IMG/VR virus record: IMGVR_UViG_3300000117_000020
Location: 1 to 64,000 of that record
Direction: 5' to 3' (one strand)
Source of the DNA: an uncultured virus (IMG/VR IMGVR_UViG_3300000117_000020)
Lineage: Duplodnaviria; Heunggongvirae; Uroviricota; Caudoviricetes; Crassvirales
Length of the DNA stretch: 64,000 nt
The position numbers and the translations under genes were made by a program. This document shows positions 1 through 9,300 of the stretch, in pieces (the first letter of the stretch is position 1; each line of letters opens with the position of its first letter). The notes below the pieces were generated by a model. That model was not told the DNA's origin. It saw nothing but the letters and a program-made list of their open reading frames with translations, and searched no databases.

Positions 1-3000
1 CAAATGAAACTTAGTAACATGTTTGCACAGCAAATGAATAAAACTAAAAATACATTTGACTCTTTCTTATTAGATGCAAATGGTAATTTTTATAGTGTCG
101 ACCCTAATGCAAATCAATTAAAGAATATTATTATAACTCCTTGGAAAAATAATTTAAAAAATTCTAATATAAAAGATAAAGACGGTAGGCTTTTAGTAAA
201 TATAGAAGAGGGACAATTAAAAATTAATTTAGATTATAAACCAAATCTAGGAGTAATAAAAAATGTTAGTTTAAATAACATAAATAAAAAATCAACTGTA
301 AGAGCTGCAGTTTTAAATAACCCTGAAACAGTATTAAGATTATTTGAACAGTTTGGTTTTGAATTTGCAGATAAAAACGCCATGCTAACGTCAACAAAAA
401 CTATAGATGGTAAATCTGTAAAAGAAATTATGAGAGATGCAGCAAGTTGGTTGTTATCAGAGTTGCCAAAAGGTAACTTAGGTGCAGATCTATTTGCTAA
501 AGAAACATTAGACGCGCAAACAAGACTTGGTAGTTTATTAAAAGTAGAAATGCTTTTTAACGATAAGATAGTTGAACCAAAACATTTAAATGCAGAAGGT
601 AAACCTGTTTATGGAATCACACTAAATAGTTATATGAGTATGATTTCTAATAAATTAAACAGAGGTACTTTATTACCACACTTTCAAAATAATCCGTATG
701 TTGCGAATTCAGCAGTTTTAAGAGCACTGTCTGAAAATCCTAATCTAAAGATAGACATGCATGTTATTGAAGGCTTAAGAATAGACAGAGCTGGAGATCA
801 AGGATTGCATACCTCACATTTAACATATGAAGATAGAGCTGCAGTATACATAAACTCTGTTTTAAATGGTGTTATCCCAATATTAAGAACAGCAGATGCT
901 AAAACAGAATATGGTGTAAGATTACCTATTGAGCAGTTTAATGATGCAATAGATGCTAAAGGACAATTGTTAGGATACTTTATAGACGAATTAAATACAG
1001 CAGTACAATTTAGAACTAAAGGTATAGGTAAGGATATTAAAGATTATAAAGATAACGCTGGAGAACTACGTGTGTTTAATCATATAGTTAGATCTAGACT
1101 AAACTTGTCTGAGATTTCAGATTTAGATGCTGCATTAGCAGGCAATATACCAGTTGGGCAATTTATAGCAAAACATGAGAATACTTTAATTAGAGCTATT
1201 ATACAATATTTAAATGATCAAAGTAAAAAGAATAAAACTTTGATGTTAACTAATAAAATTATTAGTAAAGGAAAAGGAAATACATTTGTTAATAATGGTT
1301 TAGATTATCAAACTATATCTGAAATTTTAGGTAGCAAAAATGTATCTAAAACAACTTTAACTGACTCACAAGTAAACGACATTGCACATGCTTTTACCTT
1401 AAGAACTTTTATAGGTAATGTAGAACAACTAAAACTTTTCTTTGGTGATGTAGCGCAGTATAAAGATCTATACAAAAGAACTAAACTTGCATCTGGTACA
1501 AAAAAATTCCCTAGAACTGATGAACTAATGAATTCTTGGTTAAACAGTAATGAAGTAGAAACTAGTGAAGATATAAAAGAAGAATACGGAGATCACAATA
1601 AAAACTATACAGGTCAAGCTAATATAATGGTTTATGGAGATCCTATATCAGAGAGTGTTTATTGGAGAGAATATTTTGAATATTTAGGGGAAGACATATC
1701 TAATTTGTATAGAAACATAGAAGAGGCAGATGCTAATGCATTTGCTAATATACATTTCTATAGAGAACTTATGATGAGAATTGGTGATTGGACAGGTAAA
1801 CAAGAAAATCTATTTAAAAAAGCAATGTTAGGACAAGAACTTACAAGAGAAGAGCTTACTTCATTCCCAACACTAAAGCCTCAAGGATTTGGACCTGCAA
1901 TATCTCCATTAAAACAAATGGTAGGATTAAAACTATCTTTAACTCCTATTTTTCCACAGATGACTAGAATAAATGGAAAAGATACTGCATTAAAAGGACT
2001 GTTAAAAAACATGTATGAAACTAATACAGACATGGTTATGCATCCTACAGCAGCAAAAGTGGGAAGTAGAGTAAGTTTAGATACAGGAAACGCACCTGCA
2101 TTTTATAATGAAAATGGGGGTATAAACTCAATTGATTCTGATTTACACACAGTTATAGATTTATCTTATTTTGGGATACAAGTAGATATTAACAAAGAGT
2201 TTAAAGGTAAAGTTACTTTAGGTACGCAGTCTAGAACACATATACTTGCTAATCTGTATGAAGGAGGAATGCCAGTAGATTACGAAGGAGATGTAAAAAC
2301 TTGGGCAGGTTTAACTGAAGAACAAAAGAAATCTAAATCTGAAGTACATAAAAATGCATCAGATTATTTAGATGCAGTTAATGAAATAACACGAAGAAGT
2401 AGAGAAAATTTATTAAAAAGATTTAATCTAGAACAAACTACTAAGAACGGGGAAACAAGCTATAAACTGAAAAATGGTAACATGCAGAAGTTTGCTGATA
2501 TGATCCGTGATGAAATAGCTAAAAGAAATTATCCAGAAAATGTAGCTGCAGGTATTGAATCTTTATTAAATCAGCCTGACGGGGACAAAAAGGTGTTTGA
2601 TTTAATTGTAAATAAAAATAGAATTGAAAATTTATTGTTTTCTTTAATATCTAATAATACTATCACACAAAAGGTAACAGGTGAAAATGCAGTACAAGTA
2701 TCCTCTTTAGGATCAGAAACTGCAATTGGAAAAGAACAAGTTGTTAGGGTTGTAAAAGAAGGAAAATTACAATCTTCAGGAGCAACAGGTTTAAAATTTT
2801 ACCGTAAAAAAGACCGTAGAAATAAAGACTCAGAAACTCTTGGTATGGAGGTATACCTACCACACTACTTTAAAGAACTCTTAGGTAAAAATTTAGAAAT
2901 AAGACAGGACGGTATATACAATGAAAGGGAAAGAAAAATAGGAGACTCTAATTTATTAGAATTAATAGGATTCCGTATACCTACAGATGGGTTGCACTCT

Positions 3001-6000
3001 ATAGACTTTATGACTATTAAAGGCTTTTTACCTGCAGAAGCTGGGGCTCAAATTATGGTCCCTTCTGAGCTTGTTGTAAAAGCAGGATCTGATTTTGATA
3101 TTGATAAATTAACATTATATCTTCCATCTTATACAGTTAAAGACGGAATGCTAACAAAAAGAGAATTTATAAATGCAGATACAAACACCAAAGAAGGTAT
3201 AGCAGTATACTATAATGCTGTGTATGGTCCATTTAACAACTTTTGGAGCAAGTTAAATAAAGATTTAATCGTTGCACAGGAACAAGAATTAGGAAGCACA
3301 GAAGCAGCTGTAAATAATTTGTTAATGGCTATTTTTAGAGACAATCCTAATATAGCAGGTGATAAGTTATACGATTATTCAGATGCAGAGATAGAAGTAT
3401 TGTTTAGTAGATTTAGAAAACTTGCAAGTAACCCNGACAAAGATCGTGCAGATCGTNTAGANGANGTTATAAAAGNNTTTAANNNANTANAAAAGAAAGC
3501 AAATAAAANACCTTCATTAGATGAATTTTTTGCAGAAAATAAAGGTAAAAATCCTACAGAGTTAAATCACATCGGAGCTGTACAAAACAGAATGATTGAT
3601 TTAAAAACAAAAATATTATCTAACTCTAGATCTTATAATCAATTACTTAATCCTATTGGAACTAGGGTAATACTAGATATAAGAGATGAGCTAGGAATAA
3701 AAGAAAGAGACGTTACATACGCAGATCTAATATCATATCCACATATCTTTAATATCACAAAGGATTTCCAATCAGGAAAGAATGGTTTGGGTATAGCCGC
3801 TACCAATGCTACACACATAGTAAAATCACAGCAGGCAGGGCTATATCTCAGACCAAACACTGAGATAGATGGAGTAAAAAAGTTTAGCAAATTAGGTATA
3901 AACTTAGAAGGTTTTGGAGGACTAACAGGAAATCCAATTAGATTAGACAGGATATACGATGTTAATGGAGAGCACAGAATAACTGAAATTGCATCTGAAT
4001 TATTGAATGTTTTTGCAGATGCATCAGAAGACCCTATTGTAGCTGACTTAAACCTTGTTCCTGAAGTTGGAAATGCGCTTATGTTTTTATTAAGATCAGG
4101 AGTCCCAGTAAGAAATGCTGTTTTTTTAATTAATCAGCCAATTGTAAAAGATTACATTAAAGCACTTAATGTAAATAAAAGTAAAATACAAATGGTTAAA
4201 AATAGCCCAATGTCTAAAAAGGTTATACTTAACGCTGTATTAAATTTATACAGTCCTAATAAACCACAAACTAACAGACAGGACAAACTATTTAATGCAG
4301 AGCAGTTAAAAGAAATGTCTCAAAAAACAAAAACCGAACTGGTAAAAGAAAATCTAGCACAAGATCAACAACAAATACTAGAAGATTTTGTATTGTATGA
4401 TGCAATTGGGGGACAGTTAACAGCTTTAACTTTAGCAACTTCTTTTGATACAAAACAACCAAAAGGTAGAAATCATGCTCGATTAATACTAGAACAGTAC
4501 GATCAAGTTAAAGCAGACAATACATTTGGGAACATAGATAATTTAATATTAAGAACACATTTAAATGAATTCTATTTAACCCATGAAGCAGCATCAAAAC
4601 AGTTTAACTCTATGTTCTTAACAGACCGTGCGGGGCCTAGAGCTGTTGGTCAACTAGATGCTATATTTGAAATATTTTCTAATAATAAATTACCATTAAG
4701 TGATGCTAATAGATTAGCTGTTATGAATGAAGCAGAAAATGAATTAGTTATTGCTGCCTTATTATCACATAAGTTTGATGGTGTTAAATTAGGAGACAAA
4801 GCAGAACAATTATTTTTAGGGGAAAACACGGCTGCAAAAAGAGTAGCACAATTACAAAAAGAGTACCCAAACAATAGTTTTGTACAATCTTTATTGCCGT
4901 CCATAGAAAAAGTAAGAACAGGACCATTAAGAGGTACAGATAATATAAAAGTATATACTAGAGTTTTAAATAACTATGAAGCTAACTTAATGAGAGATTC
5001 TTTCTTAGAGTTACCAGAAGCAGATCAAAACATGTTAGTGGACCATGCAATCTTACAATCAGGTATGTCTTTAACTAATATGAGTTACTTACATTTATTA
5101 CCTACAGAAAAGTTTACAGAACGTGCAGTTCAAATAGTTAATAAGCTAAAACCTGGTAGCACAGATGTAATTAATTTCTTTGATAATTTCTTTAGAAACA
5201 ATTGGCATAATTCTAGAATTGTTCCAAGATTACCTCGAAGTAAGTATACAATACAATCAAAAAATATTTTTCCTAAAATAAAATCTGCAGATCCTACTAG
5301 CGGGTTTCCATATGTGTCTGTTATTACAGATGCTGTAGAAACACAGGAAGCAGAAGAGTTAAAAGCTAAAGGATTACCAGTTCCTAAAACAACATTGTTA
5401 TTTAAAAAGTCTTTAAATCAAAATAGCAAAAGTGATTATGCATCATATGAAATAGTAGATAAATTAGGAAATGGGTTAAACTTAAAAGAATACCCTACAG
5501 ATCCTAATGAAAAATCTATACTTGATAAAAACAATTTACGGTATACTCAAACACAAGATGTATTTAGTAAACAAATTATTTCTCCTATAGGTACTACATT
5601 TTCTAAATTTGAATTAGCTCAAATTGCAAAGGGCGCAGTTAAAAATATAAGTGTTCCTGCAGGATCTTTCAAAAGCGGTAAAGTGTATGTGTTACCAGAT
5701 AACACTAAGATACATTTAAAACTGGTTGATGAAATACAATACAAAGGTTTGGATAGTGCAGAAGAATTAGATAACTTTGCAAGGAATGAAGGGTATGACA
5801 GTTGGGATAAATTATTACCTAAAATAAAATCAGGTAAAAATAAAATACCATCTTCTTGGTTAGACAGCAGTAAAAATCAAAAGCTAAGTGTTTATGAAGT
5901 TGTTGGGGTTGATACAAAAGAAAACATTAATGCTGAAGAGGATTACAAAAAAGTTGTAAACATACAACATGTAAGACCTGAGATCTATGAAGGTGAAGAT

Positions 6001-6378
6001 GGGGCTGCTATTGTAGAAGAACAACTAAGAAAAGATATACAACAACAAATTAAAAATGGTAAGAGAAGCTTTCAAACAAAACTTTTACCAGGTACAGGTG
6101 AAATGGCTGTAAATATATTGATGCAAGAACAAACACGACTTAATAATATAAATCAATCTTTATCAATTAAAGTAGGAGTACCAGGTAGTAAACTTTTAAA
6201 CGATTTGACTAGTGAAGAAAAGATGAGGTTAGGAATACTAAGAAGACAGCTAAGAAAAAGAAGAAATGTTACAATAGTAGGAACTACTGCTATAAATCCT
6301 ATAGCAAACACACTAAAAATAAATCCAAAAGAAATAGCAGAACGAATAGCAATTGAGAAAAAAACAACTTGTAAATAA
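1..6378 (+). CDS. Virion-packaged multisubunit-type (double-psi beta-barrel) RNA polymerase of crAss-like phages; probably 5'-truncated by the window edge
   Basis: At least 2124 aa. It has GFRIPT...H and the catalytic loop KAGSDFDIDKL (DxDxD) at about 3080-3110. The frame is open back to base 1. It sits next to another giant virion protein, as in phi14:2 gp66 and crAss001. Confidence 0.9.
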   Translation, partial: QMKLSNMFAQQMNKTKNTFDSFLLDANGNFYSVDPNANQLKNIIITPWKNNLKNSNIKDKDGRLLVNIEEGQLKINLDYKPNLGVIKNVSLNNINKKSTVRAAVLNNPETVLRLFEQFGFEFADKNAMLTSTKTIDGKSVKEIMRDAASWLLSELPKGNLGADLFAKETLDAQTRLGSLLKVEMLFNDKIVEPKHLNAEGKPVYGITLNSYMSMISNKLNRGTLLPHFQNNPYVANSAVLRALSENPNLKIDMHVIEGLRIDRAGDQGLHTSHLTYEDRAAVYINSVLNGVIPILRTADAKTEYGVRLPIEQFNDAIDAKGQLLGYFIDELNTAVQFRTKGIGKDIKDYKDNAGELRVFNHIVRSRLNLSEISDLDAALAGNIPVGQFIAKHENTLIRAIIQYLNDQSKKNKTLMLTNKIISKGKGNTFVNNGLDYQTISEILGSKNVSKTTLTDSQVNDIAHAFTLRTFIGNVEQLKLFFGDVAQYKDLYKRTKLASGTKKFPRTDELMNSWLNSNEVETSEDIKEEYGDHNKNYTGQANIMVYGDPISESVYWREYFEYLGEDISNLYRNIEEADANAFANIHFYRELMMRIGDWTGKQENLFKKAMLGQELTREELTSFPTLKPQGFGPAISPLKQMVGLKLSLTPIFPQMTRINGKDTALKGLLKNMYETNTDMVMHPTAAKVGSRVSLDTGNAPAFYNENGGINSIDSDLHTVIDLSYFGIQVDINKEFKGKVTLGTQSRTHILANLYEGGMPVDYEGDVKTWAGLTEEQKKSKSEVHKNASDYLDAVNEITRRSRENLLKRFNLEQTTKNGETSYKLKNGNMQKFADMIRDEIAKRNYPENVAAGIESLLNQPDGDKKVFDLIVNKNRIENLLFSLISNNTITQKVTGENAVQVSSLGSETAIGKEQVVRVVKEGKLQSSGATGLKFYRKKDRRNKDSETLGMEVYLPHYFKELLGKNLEIRQDGIYNERERKIGDSNLLELIGFRIPTDGLHSIDFMTIKGFLPAEAGAQIMVPSELVVKAGSDFDIDKLTLYLPSYTVKDGMLTKREFINADTNTKEGIAVYYNAVYGPFNNFWSKLNKDLIVAQEQELGSTEAAVNNLLMAIFRDNPNIAGDKLYDYSDAEIEVLFSRFRKLASNXDKDRADRXXXVIKXFXXXXKKANKXPSLDEFFAENKGKNPTELNHIGAVQNRMIDLKTKILSNSRSYNQLLNPIGTRVILDIRDELGIKERDVTYADLISYPHIFNITKDFQSGKNGLGIAATNATHIVKSQQAGLYLRPNTEIDGVKKFSKLGINLEGFGGLTGNPIRLDRIYDVNGEHRITEIASELLNVFADASEDPIVADLNLVPEVGNALMFLLRSGVPVRNAVFLINQPIVKDYIKALNVNKSKIQMVKNSPMSKKVILNAVLNLYSPNKPQTNRQDKLFNAEQLKEMSQKTKTELVKENLAQDQQQILEDFVLYDAIGGQLTALTLATSFDTKQPKGRNHARLILEQYDQVKADNTFGNIDNLILRTHLNEFYLTHEAASKQFNSMFLTDRAGPRAVGQLDAIFEIFSNNKLPLSDANRLAVMNEAENELVIAALLSHKFDGVKLGDKAEQLFLGENTAAKRVAQLQKEYPNNSFVQSLLPSIEKVRTGPLRGTDNIKVYTRVLNNYEANLMRDSFLELPEADQNMLVDHAILQSGMSLTNMSYLHLLPTEKFTERAVQIVNKLKPGSTDVINFFDNFFRNNWHNSRIVPRLPRSKYTIQSKNIFPKIKSADPTSGFPYVSVITDAVETQEAEELKAKGLPVPKTTLLFKKSLNQNSKSDYASYEIVDKLGNGLNLKEYPTDPNEKSILDKNNLRYTQTQDVFSKQIISPIGTTFSKFELAQIAKGAVKNISVPAGSFKSGKVYVLPDNTKIHLKLVDEIQYKGLDSAEELDNFARNEGYDSWDKLLPKIKSGKNKIPSSWLDSSKNQKLSVYEVVGVDTKENINAEEDYKKVVNIQHVRPEIYEGEDGAAIVEEQLRKDIQQQIKNGKRSFQTKLLPGTGEMAVNILMQEQTRLNNINQSLSIKVGVPGSKLLNDLTSEEKMRLGILRRQLRKRRNVTIVGTTAINPIANTLKINPKEIAERIAIEKKTTCK

Positions 6379-9300
6379 TGGCATGTAACGTAGTAAAAAA
6401 TATAGATGGGAGTGTATCACAAGTATACGCAAACAATGGTAGTCCTTCTAACCTGTTTAATGATCTAGTTTCTAGACTGGGCAGCAAAGAAGAAGCGCAT
6501 AAAGTATGGCTTGAGACTCAAACAAAAGCATTTAAAAATAAATTTGAAGATGTTTTAGATGAGAATGGGGAACCGTACATAGAAAGTGTCGAGTCTGTTA
6601 TGGAAACCCTGCCTAAACCTGAAGTAGATATTTACAAACAGCAAGAAACAGATCCAATTATAGAAGATGCAAATAAAGAGTTAAACGAAAGAATGAAAGA
6701 CTTTTTACTCGAATTTGGATTTACTACAAAGGTTGTAGACAGCCTTACAGATCGTGCAGGTAACAACATTTCAGGGGTTGCTAAATTAGATACGTTATTA
6801 AAAACTGTTCAAGTTGTAAGAGGTAAAGCAGATATAACTACATTACCTGAAGAAGCATCACATTTATTTGTCGAACTGTTAAAAGCTAAAGATAGTCCTT
6901 TATACCAATCTATGCTAAGAAGTATAGATAAGTACGACATGTTAAAGAAAGTAACTAATGAGTATTCTTCTAATCCTTTATATCAAAACGAGGATGGTTC
7001 TCCTAATGAGTCTAAATTAAGAGACGAAGCGATAGGAAAACTAATAGCAGCTGAAGTTGTTAACGCACACTCTTCTGCAGAAAGTAAGCCAAATATATCT
7101 AGATTTGGTAGATGGTTTCAAAAAGTATTAAATGCAATTAAGAAATTTTTTGGAGGAGAGAATAATCCATTTTTAGCAGCTGCGGAAAATATGTTGTTAG
7201 AAAGTAAAACAGCATATAAAGAGGCCGTGGAAGAGATTGGGGACGTTGAAATGTTACAACAAGAAGAAACAAATGAAACAGAAACTCCACAAGAAAAGGT
7301 AACTAACAGTCTAAAAGAAGATCATGAAAACTTAGTTATAAAAGAATGGATACAAGAAGAAGATGGTAAACTGCCTAGACAATTAGAGGTTATAGAAGAG
7401 TTTTCTGAAGGTAAAAAACTTAAAAGATATAAATTTACTAAAAACGGGGTAGAATATATTATTAGTAATCGTGTTACAGATAAAGGTACTAGAGATTTTG
7501 TTAGACAAAAAGGTAAACAAAGAGCTTTAGAAATATCTAACCTAGAAAGAAGCCAACATTTAAGAAAAAATGGTATTAGAATACATAATGCTGCACAGCA
7601 GTTAATGAATTTTTATGGAAGTAAAAGTGATTTAATAGATGTTATAGATGTAGATGGTGTAGGAACAAAAACTTTAGAACAAATTCGAGCTGAAGCTAAT
7701 ATGACTAGAAGACACTTTGAGATATTTAAAACAGGTGTAAGAAATCATATTAAACAAATAGAAATCCAACAAAAAAAGATTGGTGAGGGAAAAGCTAATT
7801 TACTTACTGAGTTAAGAATTGTAGATCCTCACAGTAAAATGGCGGGGCTGGAAGGCGTAGCAGGAACTATAGATGCTGCTGTTGTATATTCAGACGCTAG
7901 TATGGATCTACTTGATTGGAAAACAATATCTCCATCTAGTTATTATACAGATAAAGGGAAAATAGATAAAAATCCTTTTAGACAAAAAATGGATAGCTAT
8001 AACACACAGATTAGTACTTATATGAATATGTTACAAGAGGTTCATAAAGTTGAAAAGTTTAATAGAACAAGAATCATACCAATCCATGTAGAATTTGCAA
8101 AAACAGTTGCTAAAAACTTTACTAATAACCTTGTTAAGTTTGAAATGGCGCATACAAATCCAGAATTCTTAAGATCTATTGCTGTAGCTTTAGAAAAAAC
8201 AGATTATGAAGAACTAGACGAGCTAGTAAACAAATTAGATAATCAAATTAAAAGATTAAAAACTCAACAAAGAAATATAAAAGCTAAAAGAACAGACTTT
8301 GCTAAGCTGCAAGCTCGTATAGAGATCCTAGAAGATGGTATGCAAGAACTTGTTGTAAAAGGAGACATAAAAAGTTTAATAAATAAAGTTGCACAAAGAA
8401 TTAGTTTGGTTACATCTGGTGTAGGTATACAAGATGTAAGTCATCCAGACTACCTAGATGAAAATGACTTAAAGTCTATATATGAAGATTTTGTATTGTT
8501 TAAAGGTATTACAGATAAAACAATAAAGTATTTTGATGATAAACTTAAAAACTCTAAAAATAAAGAAGAAGCAAGAAATTATCAAGACGCTTTTAATGCT
8601 GCTTCAACTATTGTAAATAATAATTTACAGCGTGTTAGAGATGCATGGATGCAAAAAATTACTACAAAAGCACAACGTGATGATATAGATTTATCAGAAA
8701 CTCCTAAAACTAAAGGATGGTTTAGTAGAAACTTTACAACTATGGATGTATTCCCACATCCAGCATTTAGAGCTGCGTATAAAAAAATCTATCAATCTTT
8801 TAATAAAACAAAAGCAGTTACAGATGGTATATATGAAGAAATACAAGATATTACATTTGGACCTAAAGATAAGAATGGTAAAAGAGATGGAGGGTTAAAC
8901 AAGTGGGCTAAAGACAATGGGATGACTCTAACAGAAGCTTTTAGAGATGTACTAATAGAAGAAACTAAAAATGAAAAAGATGAAACTATTTTTAAAACTT
9001 TAGTTCCTATGTTTTCTAAAGACTTTAGAGATCAAATTAAAACAAAACAGGAAAAGGGAGATGAAGTTTGGATGAAAGAAAACTTTAAAATTAAAGAAGG
9101 CGCTAGAAGAAAATTCAATGAGATGAGAAAGAATATGATTGCGCGAGAAGAGTTTTTACATCCAGATCTAAGAGAGTACAACGACAAAGGTGAATTAGTT
9201 GTTAAACCTTCTAAAAATATGGCTATAAGAAAAGCAAATATTAAAAGGTGGGATGAAAAATACAACGTTTTTGATCCTTTATATGGTAAAGCTTGGTTAA

